Assembly: GCA_044351155.1 (NCBI GenBank)
Contig: JBILGH010000004.1
Span: 12,943-76,942, forward strand
From: Candidatus Planktophila sp.
GTDB lineage: Bacteria; Actinomycetota; Actinomycetes; Nanopelagicales; Nanopelagicaceae
Reading direction: 5' to 3'
DNA: 64,000 nt
A program made the position numbers and the translations under genes. This document shows, one piece after another, positions 20,305-32,145 of the stretch. The notes under the pieces are model-generated. The model saw only the letters and a list, made by a program, of their open reading frames with translations, searched no databases and was not told where the DNA came from. How positions within the stretch are numbered: position 1 is the stretch's first letter; each line of letters begins with the position of its first letter.

Positions 20305-20967
20305 ATGAGTAAATGGGATGCCCGCGATTTAGCACACGCCGCTGCGATTGAAGATGCCGGTGATGCCAAGTTAGTTGGCGATTTTGTCACCGTTGATTTC
20401 GATGACGAAGATCGCATCGCAACTTATTTATTCGAAGCGAATTTAACTGGCTATCGCGGATGGCGCTGGGCAGTAACAGTTTCTAAAGTTGATAACAAAT
20501 CAATTGCCACACTTTGCGATGTTGTTGTATTACCTGGTCCTGATGCACTTGTTCCACCAAAATGGATTCCATACCGCGATCGATTACAGCCAGGTGATGT
20601 TGGAGTTGGTGACATTGTTCCTTCATCACTCGATGACACTCGTTTAACAACTGGTGAGGCCGCACTCCCAGCTGATGAAGAATTAGATCCAGGGTTAGCA
20701 TTTGAATTAGGTTTAGGTCGTACTCGCGTTCTATCAATTGAAGGTCGCGATCAAGCTGCTAAGCGTTGGTTCGATGGCGAACGTGGCCCGAATTCACCAA
20801 TGGCACAGATGGCACCAAAGCCATGTTCATCTTGTGGCTTCTTTATTCCAATTGCCGGATCAATGCGCAGTGCATTTGGTGCATGCGCAAATGCGATCTC
20901 ACCTGAAGACGGCCGCGTAGTCTCGGTTTCACATGGCTGCGGCGCACATTCAGAAGCTACTTTTTAA
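20305..20967 (+). CDS. DUF3027-family protein (Cys-rich C-terminus)
   Basis: C-terminal CSSCGFFIP...FGACANAISPEDGRVVSVSHGCGAHSE. It lies adjacent to the csp gene, as in mycobacteria. Confidence 0.7.
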   Translation: MSKWDARDLAHAAAIEDAGDAKLVGDFVTVDFDDEDRIATYLFEANLTGYRGWRWAVTVSKVDNKSIATLCDVVVLPGPDALVPPKWIPYRDRLQPGDVGVGDIVPSSLDDTRLTTGEAALPADEELDPGLAFELGLGRTRVLSIEGRDQAAKRWFDGERGPNSPMAQMAPKPCSSCGFFIPIAGSMRSAFGACANAISPEDGRVVSVSHGCGAHSEATF

Positions 20968-21088
20968 GCGAATAATCGCACTTCACGCCCCAAGTTAAGT
21001 GCGATAAACTACTCACCTGTCCGCAACCGCGGCTAAACGAACATTCCGAGTTAAGACTCAAATCAGCAAGCGTTTAAGGAGACCCCAA

Positions 21089-21472
21089 ATGCCATCAGGC
21101 CGCGTTAAATGGTTCAGCCTGGAAAAAGGTTTTGGCTTTATTGCATCCGATGAAGGCGAAGATGTTTATCTTGCCGCTTCATCACTTCCAGCTGGAGTAA
21201 CCACTGTTAAGCCAGGCACTAAACTTGAGTTCGGCGTTGCCGATAGTCGCCGCGGCCCACAAGCTCTATCTGTTGTAATAATTGATGCGCCACCTTCATT
21301 AGCTGAAAACAATCGCATTAATCCCGATGATTTAGCGGCGATTATTGAAGATTCGATCAAGATGTTGGACAAAGTTGGAAATGGTTTGCGTCATGGCCGT
21401 CGCCCAACTGCTGCTGAAGCAGAACGCCTAGGTCGCGTATTGCGCGGTATTGCTGGGCAACTCGAAGCTTAA
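21089..21472 (+). CDS. Cold-shock-domain protein with a C-terminal extension
   Basis: GRVKWFSLEKGFGFI (RNP1-like), 127 aa, with a ~120-nt leader typical of csp genes and AAGGAG before the ATG. Confidence 0.88.
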   Translation: MPSGRVKWFSLEKGFGFIASDEGEDVYLAASSLPAGVTTVKPGTKLEFGVADSRRGPQALSVVIIDAPPSLAENNRINPDDLAAIIEDSIKMLDKVGNGLRHGRRPTAAEAERLGRVLRGIAGQLEA

Positions 21473-21672
21473 ATTCCGCTGCGCTTCGCGCGACGAATTG
21501 AATAACGCACTCCAGTAGCACCAAGTGCTGCTCCAAATACACAAGTCCAAATAATTTTGGTATCTGTTCCGATTACAAGCGCAACTATGCCGGCTATAAG
21601 CCACGCAATAGTTCCAATAGTCACTAGAATTACCACTGTTCGAACTTTTCGATCTAAATTTTGATCTGACAT
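21469..21672 (-). CDS. Small two-TM membrane protein (DUF2530-like)
   Basis: MSDQNLDRKVR followed by two hydrophobic helices. The shorter start avoids overlap with the divergent MFS gene. The position matches the mycobacterial DUF2530 gene. Confidence 0.55.
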   Translation of the reverse strand: MSDQNLDRKVRTVVILVTIGTIAWLIAGIVALVIGTDTKIIWTCVFGAALGATGVRYSIRRAKRSGI

Positions 21673-21684
21673 GAGAGCAGAGTA

Positions 21685-22941
21685 ATGCGTTTTTTGGTTA
21701 AGAGCGATGGCAACTGGCGCGCTTTTCGACACCGTAATTACCGAATTTTATATCCAGCGAATGCCGCTTCGAATATTGGTGGCTGGGTACAACGCCTTGC
21801 ACAAGATTGGTTAGTTTTAGAATTAACTAATAGTGGATTCTATTTGGGCATAGTAACTGCGCTGCAATTCGCCCCAGTCTGGTTTTTTAGTTTGCCCGGT
21901 GGGGCCTTAGCTGATCGTTTTAATAAACGTAAAGTCTTAATCTTAACCAACATTGCCGCTGGATTAACTTCGCTGACACTTGGAATACTTGTTGTGACCA
22001 ATAATGTGCAAATTTGGCATGTTATGGCTTTAGCGTTTGCTCTCGGAGTAGCTGATGCAATCGATAAACCTGTTCGACAGAGTTTTACCTCCGAAATGGT
22101 AGGCGTTGTTGACGTACCGAATGCGGTTAGTTTGAACTCAGCTAATTTCAATTTTGGAAGACTAGTTGGCCCAGCGCTATCAGGCTTAATGATCGCCGCT
22201 TTTGGAACTGGCCCATCATTCCTAATTAATGCATTCACGTATGTGCTGGTAATTATTGTGATGGCGAATATTCGTGAAGCCGAACTGTTTCGTGAACCAC
22301 GAGCAGCTGGGCCGACCACAATTCGCGAAGGCTTTAGATACGTTATGGCCCGCCCCGACTTATTTGTAGTTATGTCGGTCGTTTTCTTTGTGACAACTTT
22401 TGGGCTTAACTTTCAACTGTTTAATGCCCTAATGGCGACTAAGGTATTTGATAAAGGCGTTACCTCATTTGGGTTAATGGGAACCGTAATTGCGATTGGT
22501 TCGCTAAGTGCCGCGCTCTTTTCACCGAGAATTGAGAAGTATCGCTCTACTAAGTTTGTGATTGCTAGTTCTATCGTTTTTGGAATTTCAATCTTCATAA
22601 TTGCTTTTATGCCAACTTTTCTCACTTATATGATCATGCTTCCAATCGCTGGAGCCGGCGCATTAACAACCTTGATCGCATCTAATTCAACGGTACAGAC
22701 AAATTCTGATAGCGCAGTGCGTGGGCGAATACTAGGAATTTATCAATTCATATTACTTGGGGGAGCCCCACTAGTAACTCCGATCCTTGGCCTTTTTTCA
22801 GAGGCCTTTGGAATTCGGCGAACTATTGTGCTTTGCGCACTTTTAACAATTTTGGCGCCAACTGCTATTTGGTTGAAGTTTAAAGACCGTATTGCGGTGC
22901 CAGCAGATATTTCGATTGCTGCAGTATTAAAGACCGCTTAA
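21685..22941 (+). CDS. MFS transporter
   Basis: 418 aa with about 12 hydrophobic segments. The N-terminal FRHRNYRILYPANAASNIG is typical of the MFS_3/EntS-like group. Confidence 0.75.
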   Translation: MRFLVKSDGNWRAFRHRNYRILYPANAASNIGGWVQRLAQDWLVLELTNSGFYLGIVTALQFAPVWFFSLPGGALADRFNKRKVLILTNIAAGLTSLTLGILVVTNNVQIWHVMALAFALGVADAIDKPVRQSFTSEMVGVVDVPNAVSLNSANFNFGRLVGPALSGLMIAAFGTGPSFLINAFTYVLVIIVMANIREAELFREPRAAGPTTIREGFRYVMARPDLFVVMSVVFFVTTFGLNFQLFNALMATKVFDKGVTSFGLMGTVIAIGSLSAALFSPRIEKYRSTKFVIASSIVFGISIFIIAFMPTFLTYMIMLPIAGAGALTTLIASNSTVQTNSDSAVRGRILGIYQFILLGGAPLVTPILGLFSEAFGIRRTIVLCALLTILAPTAIWLKFKDRIAVPADISIAAVLKTA

Positions 22942-23003
22942 AAGAACCATTCCCAAAAGCCCAAAAAGAATTACCAAAGTTACTATTCGGCGGGTTTTAT
23001 AAC

Positions 23004-24161
23004 TCATGACTTAATTATATTCGTATCGTCATGAGATGGGACTTTTATGATGATTATCATCGCAATTGCTATGAGCACCGGCACCATGATGTAGGCACGG
23101 CTAATGCCTAAGGAATCTCCAAGAACTCCCAGCAAGAATGGCGCGCCACCGATAGCTAAACCAGCTGCCAATGAACTCTTGCCGATCGCCAAGTCTGGCC
23201 GATTATCGCTCAGGCCGATTAAGCGGATTGATGCCAAAGCAAATTGCATCGAGATTCCGAGACCCATAGTAAATAGTGAGAATAACGAGAGTAGTAAGTT
23301 GTGTGAGAACCAAAAGATTGCAAAACCGATGAATTGGGTACCGATAATTATCTGCAGCTGATGATCTAGTTTGTAGCGCTTGAGTACTGGGCCGCCAAAC
23401 CAACGGCCGATGCCCATTCCGGTTCCAAGGGCCACAATGCAAACAGTGCTGATAGCTGCCGTTGAACCAACGCGTTCGCGTAGTAGAGCAGCTGCCCAGA
23501 AGGTAGTTGCGAATTCGCTTGAGATACAAGCAACGAAACCGATCCAGGCCCACCAAAATTGTGGCGATAACTTGCCACGTTGTGGACCTTCAACATCGGG
23601 TACATGTTCTTCGGCATCCTTTTCACGGCCAACTAAATACAGAATCAAGGAGAGTGGGGCGGCAAGTAACAAGCCATAACGCCAACTTATTGAAGTGCCA
23701 GCTAGCGTTCCAACAAATAAAGTTCCGGTTACATAACCTGCCGAACCAATTGAGTTCGATTGCGGAAGTGCAATTGCGGCATCTTCTTTATAGTGATGGG
23801 AAATTCCAGTAACCATATTATTAATTACAAATGAGGTACCAATGCCGCCCAAAAGTGTTGCTAATAAAGTTAATTGAACTGGTGGGCAGTAAACAAACAT
23901 CACGATGCCGAGTGCGAATAAACCAAGACCTAACCAAGCAGCGCGAGAACGACCAAATCTATGTACAACGCGTGAATTAAGCGCACCAGCAATAATTGAG
24001 GCGAGTCCCATTGCAGTGCCGTGCAGCCCAGCAACTGTAAGTGAAGTGCCTTGATCTTCACGAAGTAATGGTTGGGCAGGGCCGAAGCCACCGAGGTAGA
24101 AGTTAACTAGTGCGATCTGGGCCGAGATTGTCCAAAAAATGCGATCGCGCTGAAACGCCAT
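23004..24161 (-). CDS. MFS transporter
   Basis: 385 aa, polytopic hydrophobic profile, ending 1 nt after the serC stop (same strand). Confidence 0.7.
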   Translation of the reverse strand: MAFQRDRIFWTISAQIALVNFYLGGFGPAQPLLREDQGTSLTVAGLHGTAMGLASIIAGALNSRVVHRFGRSRAAWLGLGLFALGIVMFVYCPPVQLTLLATLLGGIGTSFVINNMVTGISHHYKEDAAIALPQSNSIGSAGYVTGTLFVGTLAGTSISWRYGLLLAAPLSLILYLVGREKDAEEHVPDVEGPQRGKLSPQFWWAWIGFVACISSEFATTFWAAALLRERVGSTAAISTVCIVALGTGMGIGRWFGGPVLKRYKLDHQLQIIIGTQFIGFAIFWFSHNLLLSLFSLFTMGLGISMQFALASIRLIGLSDNRPDLAIGKSSLAAGLAIGGAPFLLGVLGDSLGISRAYIMVPVLIAIAMIIIIKVPSHDDTNIIKS

Positions 24162-24162
24162 C

Positions 24163-25287
<1,125 letters not shown>

Positions 25288-25950
25288 CTAAGGGTAGTAG
25301 CGGTTTAAGGCCCAATCATTACTTGTGGCATCTAACTCATAGCGCAGGCGATCATGTAATCGCGAGTAGCGGCCTTGCCAAAATTCAATGCTCTTTGGGA
25401 TGACGCGATAACCACCCCAATTTGGCGGAAGCGGAACTTCAGATCCTTCGGGCCATTTCTCCGCAGCGCCTTGCCAGCGTTGTTCTAATTCTTCGCGTGA
25501 AGCAAGCGGTGCTGATTGATGGCTGGCCCATGCGCCGATTTGGCTAGCCCAAGGACGGGTCGCAAAGTATTCAGCTGATTCAGATTGCGCAATTTTTTCG
25601 GCAGTTCCACTTATTGAGACTTGGCGTTCCATAGCAAACCAAGGAAAGAGCAATGTAACTTGTGGATTAATTTCCATGGCATGGCTTTTACGGGATGAAT
25701 AATTGGTAAAGAAAGTAAATCCACCTTCGGATAGATCTTTTAACAAAACAGTGCGAGTAGAAATATCACCATCGCCGCCGAGAGTAGAAAGGACCATTGC
25801 ATTCGCTTCGACAATAACTGGATTGGTGCGAGCTTCAGTTAGCCAGGTCATGAAAGCTTCAAATGGGTCAGCCGGCAAAGTCTCTAATCCAGCCTCGCCA
25901 TATGAGCGGCGCATGGCTGAGATTTCGGCCCGAGTTAATGAATTATCCAT
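25288..25950 (-). CDS. pdxH: Pyridoxamine 5'-phosphate oxidase
   Basis: C-terminal IEFWQGRYSRLHDRLRY. I chose the start at MDNSLTRAEISAMRRSY for a family-typical length. The track ORF extends 60 nt further. Confidence 0.88.
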   Translation of the reverse strand: MDNSLTRAEISAMRRSYGEAGLETLPADPFEAFMTWLTEARTNPVIVEANAMVLSTLGGDGDISTRTVLLKDLSEGGFTFFTNYSSRKSHAMEINPQVTLLFPWFAMERQVSISGTAEKIAQSESAEYFATRPWASQIGAWASHQSAPLASREELEQRWQGAAEKWPEGSEVPLPPNWGGYRVIPKSIEFWQGRYSRLHDRLRYELDATSNDWALNRYYP

Positions 25951-26093
25951 AGCTGTATCTAACGTCACTTTCGCCAAGTAAGCATCTTTAGCCCTCTTGG
26001 TAGAAAGCACCCCCGCCTAAGGGGCAGAATTACCCCATAAGAGTGGTTCGCGAAGCGAGCCAGAACTGCGAATTTAGTTAGAAGGAGTTCAAC

Positions 26094-27209
26094 ATGTCTG
26101 ATGATTTCAAGCCAGGTCTTGAAGGTGTAATCGCATTCGAATCAGAGATTGCTGAACCCGATAAAGAAGGTAGCGCGCTTCGCTATCGTGGCGTTGATAT
26201 CGATGACCTAGTCGGTCGCGTAACTTTTGGAAACGTATGGGGACTCTTAGTTGATGATTTATTCAACCCAGGTCTACCAAATGCCGAGCCATTCCCACTC
26301 CCAGTGCACTCTGGTGATGTGCGCGTAGATGTGCAATCTGCAATTGCAATGTTGGCACCAGCTTGGGGATTCAAACCACTACTTGATATTTCTGATGAAG
26401 AAGCTCGCAGCAATTTAGCGCGCACATCAGTAATGGTTCTTTCTTACTTAGCACAAGCTGCGCGCGGAATTGTTGGCCCACCTGTCCCAGAATCTGAAAT
26501 TGATAAAGCACATACCGTTGTTGAGCGAATGATGATTCGTTGGCGCGGAGAGCCTGACCCACTTCATGTTCGTGCAATCGATGCTTACTTTGTATCTGCT
26601 GCAGAACACGGAATGAACGCATCAACATTTACTTCGCGCGTAATTGCATCAACTGGTGCTGATGTTTGTGCGGCAATTTCTGGCGCAATCGGTGCGATGT
26701 CTGGCCCACTTCATGGTGGCGCTCCAGCACGTGTGCTAACCATGATTGAAGATGTTGAAAAATCAGGTAACGCAGAAACTTATGTAAAGGGGCTACTTGA
26801 TCGCAAAGAGCGCTTAATGGGATTTGGTCACCGCGTTTATCGCGCCGAAGATCCACGTGCTCGCACATTGCGTCGAACTGCAAAAGAACTTAACGCTCCA
26901 CGTTACGCAGTTGCCGAAGCTCTTGAGCAAGCAGCACTTAAGGAACTCCGTGAACGTCAACCAGATCGCGTTCTAGAAACCAACGTTGAGTTCTGGGCTG
27001 CAATTGTGCTCGACTTTGCTGAAGTTCCAGCACCACTATTTACTTCAATGTTTACCGCTGCCCGTACTGCAGGCTGGTCAGCACATATTCTCGAGCAGAA
27101 GCGCACTGGCCGTTTAATTCGCCCATCTGCTCGCTATGTTGGCAAAGCAGCACGTCGCCCAGAAGATGTTGCCGGCTGGGATGACACCGTCGGAATGATC
27201 CACAACTAA
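26094..27209 (+). CDS. citA: Citrate synthase, short CitA type
   Basis: LMGFGHRVYRAEDPRA catalytic motif, 371 aa, GAAGGAG before the ATG. Confidence 0.9.
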   Translation: MSDDFKPGLEGVIAFESEIAEPDKEGSALRYRGVDIDDLVGRVTFGNVWGLLVDDLFNPGLPNAEPFPLPVHSGDVRVDVQSAIAMLAPAWGFKPLLDISDEEARSNLARTSVMVLSYLAQAARGIVGPPVPESEIDKAHTVVERMMIRWRGEPDPLHVRAIDAYFVSAAEHGMNASTFTSRVIASTGADVCAAISGAIGAMSGPLHGGAPARVLTMIEDVEKSGNAETYVKGLLDRKERLMGFGHRVYRAEDPRARTLRRTAKELNAPRYAVAEALEQAALKELRERQPDRVLETNVEFWAAIVLDFAEVPAPLFTSMFTAARTAGWSAHILEQKRTGRLIRPSARYVGKAARRPEDVAGWDDTVGMIHN

Positions 27210-27234
27210 TTCATTAGTTGAGCCAATCAATATT

Positions 27235-27795
27235 TTGAAGATCGTATTTGCTGGCGACAGCATCACCGCATCTGGCAATTGGGCTGAAGCAATTGATTTT
27301 GCCGAGGTAGAAAATTTTGCAGTTTCAGGTGATTCCACTGATGCCTTTTTTGACAAGATTCCAAAAATTACTGAATCTAAGCCCGATATAGTTTCAGTTT
27401 TAATTGGCACTAATGATTTTGGAAATACTTTGTTAAATCGTGAGGGTGCCGATGTTGGCGCACGCGTCTTAGCTATTGTTGAAGAGCTTAAGCAGCAATT
27501 ACCGGAAACCAAAATCCTTCTGCACACGATCCTGCCCCGAGGCATCGAAGATTCAGGCGTGGATCTGCGTAATCGAGTAATTGAAGCTAATGATTACATC
27601 AAATCAAATAAGCAAAGTGATATCGAGTTTATTGATTTATGGGCACATTTCGTCGCCCCGGATGGGCTATCCCTTGCCGATCAATATGTAATGGCTGATG
27701 AGACAATCTTGAAGTTACATATTAATGAAAGTGGTTACCGAAAATGGATAACTGTTTTGTTACCAACTCTGCAACGCATGGTAAACGCCAAATAA
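27235..27795 (+). CDS. SGNH/GDSL-family hydrolase (small esterase)
   Basis: IVFAGDSITASG and LIGTNDFG blocks, TTG start, 186 aa. Confidence 0.75.
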   Translation: MKIVFAGDSITASGNWAEAIDFAEVENFAVSGDSTDAFFDKIPKITESKPDIVSVLIGTNDFGNTLLNREGADVGARVLAIVEELKQQLPETKILLHTILPRGIEDSGVDLRNRVIEANDYIKSNKQSDIEFIDLWAHFVAPDGLSLADQYVMADETILKLHINESGYRKWITVLLPTLQRMVNAK

Positions 27796-27825
27796 TTCCG
27801 CCGTCTCTGTTAGCCTTTGCAGATT

Positions 27826-29478
27826 ATGTCTGATTACAAATTTATTGCCGGAGACAAGAAATGGTGGCGACAAGCTGTCGTTTATCAGATCTATCCACGT
27901 AGCTTCGCTGACTCAAATGGCGACGGTATTGGTGATCTCGCCGGCATGATCGATCGGGTCCCATACTTAAAATCGCTAAGCATCGATGCAGTTTGGCTAA
28001 GCCCGTTCTATCCATCTGAGCTAGCCGATGGTGGTTATGACGTTGCTGACTACCGCAATGTAGATCCACGTATTGGCACACTTGAAGAATTCGATAAGTT
28101 GATTGAAGAGCTACATAAAGTTGAAATTAGAGTCTTCGTAGATATTGTTCCGAATCATTCATCTGATCAACACGAGTGGTTCCAGGCTGCGCTTAAAGCT
28201 GGCCGCGGTTCGCCTGAACGTGATCGCTATATTTTCCATGATGGCCTCGGCGAGAATGGCGATATTCGCCCCTCAGAATTGGTAAGCCACTTCGGCCCAA
28301 CTGGCTGGACTCGCGTTACCGAACCAGATGGCACACCAGGTCAGTGGTACCTGCACCTATTTGCACCTGAGCAACCCGATTTCAATTGGGATAACCAAGA
28401 AGTCCGCGATGACTTTATTAAAACGTTGCGCTTCTGGTCAGATCGCGGCGTCGATGGCTTCCGCATTGACGTGGCTCATGCGCTAACTAAAGATTTCTCT
28501 GATGGTCTGCCTGCGCGCGACACAATGGATATAGATCCAAAAAAGCCCGATGGAAGCGACCCATTATTTGATCGCGATGAAGTACACGAGATTTATCGCC
28601 AGTGGCGCAAAGTATTTAACGAGTATGACCCACCACGTGTTGCAGTGGCAGAAGCAAGTGCACCCGCCCACCGACTGGGTGCATATGCATCAGAAGAAAC
28701 GCTTGGTCAGGCTTTTAACTTTGACTTGTTACATGCCGACTGGAATACCAAGCGCTTTAAGCATTTAATTAGTAACAGCATGAAACGTGCTGATAAATCT
28801 GGTTCTTCAAATACTTGGGTGCTTTCTAATCACGACGTTGTGCGTCACCCAACTCGTTACGGCTTGCCGGATAAAACAGATTTAGTTAAGTGGTATATCT
28901 CAGAAGGAAAGTCAGCACCACTTGACGCCAAGCAAGGCATTGACCGTGCTCGCGCATCAACAATGTTGATTCTGGCACTGCCTGGCTCCACCTATCTTTA
29001 TCAAGGTGAAGAAATCGGCCTATTCGAAGTAGCCGATACGCCACGCGAAGCGATGCAAGACCCACAATGGTATAGAAACCCAGGCAAAGCTCGTAGTCGC
29101 GATGGCTGCCGGATTCCATTGCCTTGGACAACTACAGGCTCTTCATTTGGCTTCGGCCCCGGTGGTTCACACTTACCAATGCCAGCTGATTTCGGAAAGT
29201 ACTCAGTTGAAGCAAACGAAACAGATGCTAATTCAGTGCTAAATCTTTACCGCGCAGCAATTGCTATGCGCAAAGGTTTGCAGTGCGCTGAAGAAATTAA
29301 ATTTATCTTTAACTGGAATCGCAGTGTGTTGCATTTTGCTCGCCCAAATGGATGGCAATCATTTACTAACTTCGGTAAATCACCAGTCAAGCTTCCAAAC
29401 GGAAAAGTTTTACTAAGTAGCAGGCCACTAATTGGTAGCCAAGTACCGGGTGAAACTACAGTTTGGTTACAGGCTTAA
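27826..29478 (+). CDS. aglA: GH13 alpha-glucosidase / oligo-1,6-glucosidase
   Basis: WWRQAVVYQIYPRSFADSNGDGIGDL, VDIVPNHSS, DGFRIDVAHAL, LSNHDVVR. The ATG at 27826 is preferred over the TTG at 27817. Confidence 0.9.
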   Translation: MSDYKFIAGDKKWWRQAVVYQIYPRSFADSNGDGIGDLAGMIDRVPYLKSLSIDAVWLSPFYPSELADGGYDVADYRNVDPRIGTLEEFDKLIEELHKVEIRVFVDIVPNHSSDQHEWFQAALKAGRGSPERDRYIFHDGLGENGDIRPSELVSHFGPTGWTRVTEPDGTPGQWYLHLFAPEQPDFNWDNQEVRDDFIKTLRFWSDRGVDGFRIDVAHALTKDFSDGLPARDTMDIDPKKPDGSDPLFDRDEVHEIYRQWRKVFNEYDPPRVAVAEASAPAHRLGAYASEETLGQAFNFDLLHADWNTKRFKHLISNSMKRADKSGSSNTWVLSNHDVVRHPTRYGLPDKTDLVKWYISEGKSAPLDAKQGIDRARASTMLILALPGSTYLYQGEEIGLFEVADTPREAMQDPQWYRNPGKARSRDGCRIPLPWTTTGSSFGFGPGGSHLPMPADFGKYSVEANETDANSVLNLYRAAIAMRKGLQCAEEIKFIFNWNRSVLHFARPNGWQSFTNFGKSPVKLPNGKVLLSSRPLIGSQVPGETTVWLQA

Positions 29479-30377
29479 CCCTTAACTGCGCCACCTGTTA
29501 GACCGTTAGTGATGTACTTCTGTAGCGATACAAAGAGAATCACGATTGGTGTTGAAGCCATTACCGCACCTGCAGCAAACATGGCCCAGTTCTTGGTCCA
29601 TGGATCAGCTAGTAGTAACTGCAATCCTACGGCGACTGTGTATTGCTCATTTGTATTGAAAACAATTGAGGCCAAAACATAATCACCGAAAGTTCCGATG
29701 AATGAAAGCAGCGCCATAACTGCGAGTACTGGAGCAACTAAACGCAAGATAATCTTGAAGAAGATCTGAGTATGTGTAGCTCCATCAATTTTGGCAGCCT
29801 CATCGAGTTCCTTCGGAATCGTATTGAAGAAGCCGTACATTAAGTAAGTTCCGCCACCAAGTGAGCCGCCAAGATAAATCAAGATCAAACCGGCTTTAGT
29901 TCCGAGACCAATTGCTGGAACATAGTCAGTTAACTTGCTCAAGATTCCGTAAACAGCAACTAAACCAAGAATTGATGGGAACATCTGAATCAAAATCAGT
30001 GATAACAAACCAGCACGACGGCCATTGAACCGCAAGCGCGAGAATGCGAATGCAGCCAATGCGCTAATAAATACGCTGATAACTGCGGTTACACCTGCAA
30101 GTATCAGTGTGTTCTTCATCCAAATCACAAATGGATAATCTGAAGATTGCAGTAGGTCGGTGTAGTTACCTAAATAAAATTGGCGGAAAAGCGTGTAGTT
30201 TTCAATATTTCCCATCTGAGTCAGAGATGTAGAAAGAATATATAGCAATGGGAAAGTAGAGAAAGCAATAACTAAGAGACCGACTAGGTGTTTCCAACCA
30301 ACCTGTGTGAACCAGCGAACGATTCCACCGCGTCGCGCCTTGTCGTGCTTTAAAGGCTTAGCTGTAATGGTCGTCAT
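29475..30377 (-). CDS. malG: Carbohydrate ABC transporter permease (MalG-like)
   Basis: EAA loop EAAKIDGATHTQIFFKIILRL, 6 TM segments, 4-nt overlap with the upstream permease gene. Confidence 0.85.
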   Translation of the reverse strand: MTTITAKPLKHDKARRGGIVRWFTQVGWKHLVGLLVIAFSTFPLLYILSTSLTQMGNIENYTLFRQFYLGNYTDLLQSSDYPFVIWMKNTLILAGVTAVISVFISALAAFAFSRLRFNGRRAGLLSLILIQMFPSILGLVAVYGILSKLTDYVPAIGLGTKAGLILIYLGGSLGGGTYLMYGFFNTIPKELDEAAKIDGATHTQIFFKIILRLVAPVLAVMALLSFIGTFGDYVLASIVFNTNEQYTVAVGLQLLLADPWTKNWAMFAAGAVMASTPIVILFVSLQKYITNGLTGGAVKG

Positions 30378-32002
30378 TGGGTCCGCTCCTCAAGTCCGCG
30401 AGTACGTTTAAAGCTAAAGAAGGAAATTGAACCGATGATCAAGAAGATCAATACCGAGAACGCGCTAGCTAAACCGTAATCAGCTCCAACTGAACGACTG
30501 AAAGCGATTCGGTAAACGAAAGTAATCAAGATATCGGTAGCGCCAGCTTCGACTTTAAGGGTTGGATCCAGGAACGGACCACCACCCGTGAGCAGATAAA
30601 TAGCACCAAAGTTATTGAAGTTATATGCAAACGATGCAATCAAGAGTGGAGCTAGCGATACTAATAGCAGCGGCAACTTAATTAACTTAACAATCTTCCA
30701 AGGTGAAGCACCATCGATACTTGCCGCCTCAGTTAAATCATTTGGAATTGCTTGAAGCGCGCCAGTACAGATTAAGAACATATATGGGAAGCCCAGCCAT
30801 AAGTTAACTAGCAGAACTGCCGCTCGCGCCGCCCCTTGTTGCTCAAACCATTGAATTTTATTGTCGCCCATGAAGCCTAAGATGGTGTTATTAATAAAAC
30901 CATTTTCAGTATTGAGCAAACCTCGCCAAACGTAAGCTGACAAGAATGCCGGGAATGCATATGGCAAGATGAAAATAGCTCGATAAATTCGCAGACCACG
31001 AATTCGCTGGTCATTGAACATCAGCGCTAGAGCTAGTCCAACTACGAATGTTGAGAAAACAGAGCCAAAGGCGAACATGAAAGTCCACAACAGAATTCCG
31101 CCAAGCGGGCCACGTAAGTCTTTGTCGCCAAAGATCTTCTGATAGTTGCTCCAGCCAATTCGAACTTGCCAGCCGATACCACTTAGAAGTTCGCCATCAT
31201 CAGCGTTTTTGAAGTATCCGACCGTATCGTCGGCGATGAATTCTTTGTTATCACTTACCCGCGTCATTACGCGAGTTTTCTCGTCATAGGTATACGAGAA
31301 GCGATTTTGCTGCGCGAAGAAAGCATCAGCTGTAGCGATAAAGCCATCTTTACTTAGATCTGGCCCGAGTGGAATTTTTATAGTAGTTACACCAGGATCG
31401 ATTTCCGTGATTTCATCATCTGATAAAAAAGTAACTCCCTCAAGTGAGGCTGGATAGCCCGATTCATCGGTGACTAAACCATCGGCTGCAGTTATCTCGC
31501 GCCAAGGATGCTTTGAATAATTCTCACCGCCCATGAATATCTTGTTGGTAGCTAAATCAAAGGCAAGGAATTGCACAGCCCCGTCTTCTGAACGCACAAC
31601 CTTAATTTCGTATTCGGATGCTCCTTCAATTGGCTCTACTGCCGCTTGTTGAATTGCATCTAGTGCTTCGGTATAACTGCCATTGTGTGCATCGCCATAG
31701 TTGGTAAATGAAATGTATCCACTAAAAATAACTACATAAACTTGGAAAGCGAGTAATAAGAGAACTCCAGGGGTTAAATACTTGGCTGGAAGTCCGCCTC
31801 GGCGTAAATAAATCCAGTTAACAACTAATGTGACTAAGCCGAAGAATATTGCTAGTCCGTATTTTTCCTTGCCAATCAGGATCATTAAAACAAAACCAAC
31901 GCCAGCATCGACTATGCCTAGAATAAAGATTTTGGCTAGTGTGCCACGCAAACTTGGAGTACCACCTGAGTTAAGTTCGAAATTCTTATTTCGCGTTCTC
32001 AT
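30374..32002 (-). CDS. malF: Carbohydrate ABC transporter permease with a large extracytoplasmic loop (MalF-like)
   Basis: EAA loop EAASIDGASPWKIVKLIKLPLL. A ~200-aa hydrophilic insertion after the early TM helices resembles the MalF P2 loop. Confidence 0.85.
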   Translation of the reverse strand: MRTRNKNFELNSGGTPSLRGTLAKIFILGIVDAGVGFVLMILIGKEKYGLAIFFGLVTLVVNWIYLRRGGLPAKYLTPGVLLLLAFQVYVVIFSGYISFTNYGDAHNGSYTEALDAIQQAAVEPIEGASEYEIKVVRSEDGAVQFLAFDLATNKIFMGGENYSKHPWREITAADGLVTDESGYPASLEGVTFLSDDEITEIDPGVTTIKIPLGPDLSKDGFIATADAFFAQQNRFSYTYDEKTRVMTRVSDNKEFIADDTVGYFKNADDGELLSGIGWQVRIGWSNYQKIFGDKDLRGPLGGILLWTFMFAFGSVFSTFVVGLALALMFNDQRIRGLRIYRAIFILPYAFPAFLSAYVWRGLLNTENGFINNTILGFMGDNKIQWFEQQGAARAAVLLVNLWLGFPYMFLICTGALQAIPNDLTEAASIDGASPWKIVKLIKLPLLLVSLAPLLIASFAYNFNNFGAIYLLTGGGPFLDPTLKVEAGATDILITFVYRIAFSRSVGADYGLASAFSVLIFLIIGSISFFSFKRTRGLEERTQ

Positions 32003-32079
32003 GGGCAGATGGCTCCTTCAAAATATCTTTGGGAAATATAAATTACTTGTTTTATTCTAAAACTTTTTTATTAGAAAAG

Positions 32080-32117
32080 TTAGGGGTTCGAAACCATTGC
32101 TGGCTTCGAACCCCTAA
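32080..32117 (-). terminator. Perfect 13-bp hairpin between malE and malF (partial terminator or mRNA stabiliser)
   Basis: TTAGGGGTTCGAA-N12-TTCGAACCCCTAA, 28 nt after the malE stop. On the minus strand it is followed by CTTTTCTAAT. Confidence 0.65.
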
Positions 32118-32145
32118 CCCACTATCTCTAGTGAATTGAAGCTAA

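Noticed and set aside
20975-21005. The hairpin ATCGCACTT-N13-AAGTGCGAT after the DUF3027 gene.
   Set aside because: No U-tract follows, so I did not call it a terminator. It may belong to the long csp 5' leader, but I cannot support a specific function.
21469-21732. The long form (87 aa) of the small membrane protein ORF.
   Set aside because: It would overlap the divergent MFS gene start by 48 nt. The internal ATG at 21672 (MSDQNL) gives a two-TM protein of family-typical size, so the shorter model was used.
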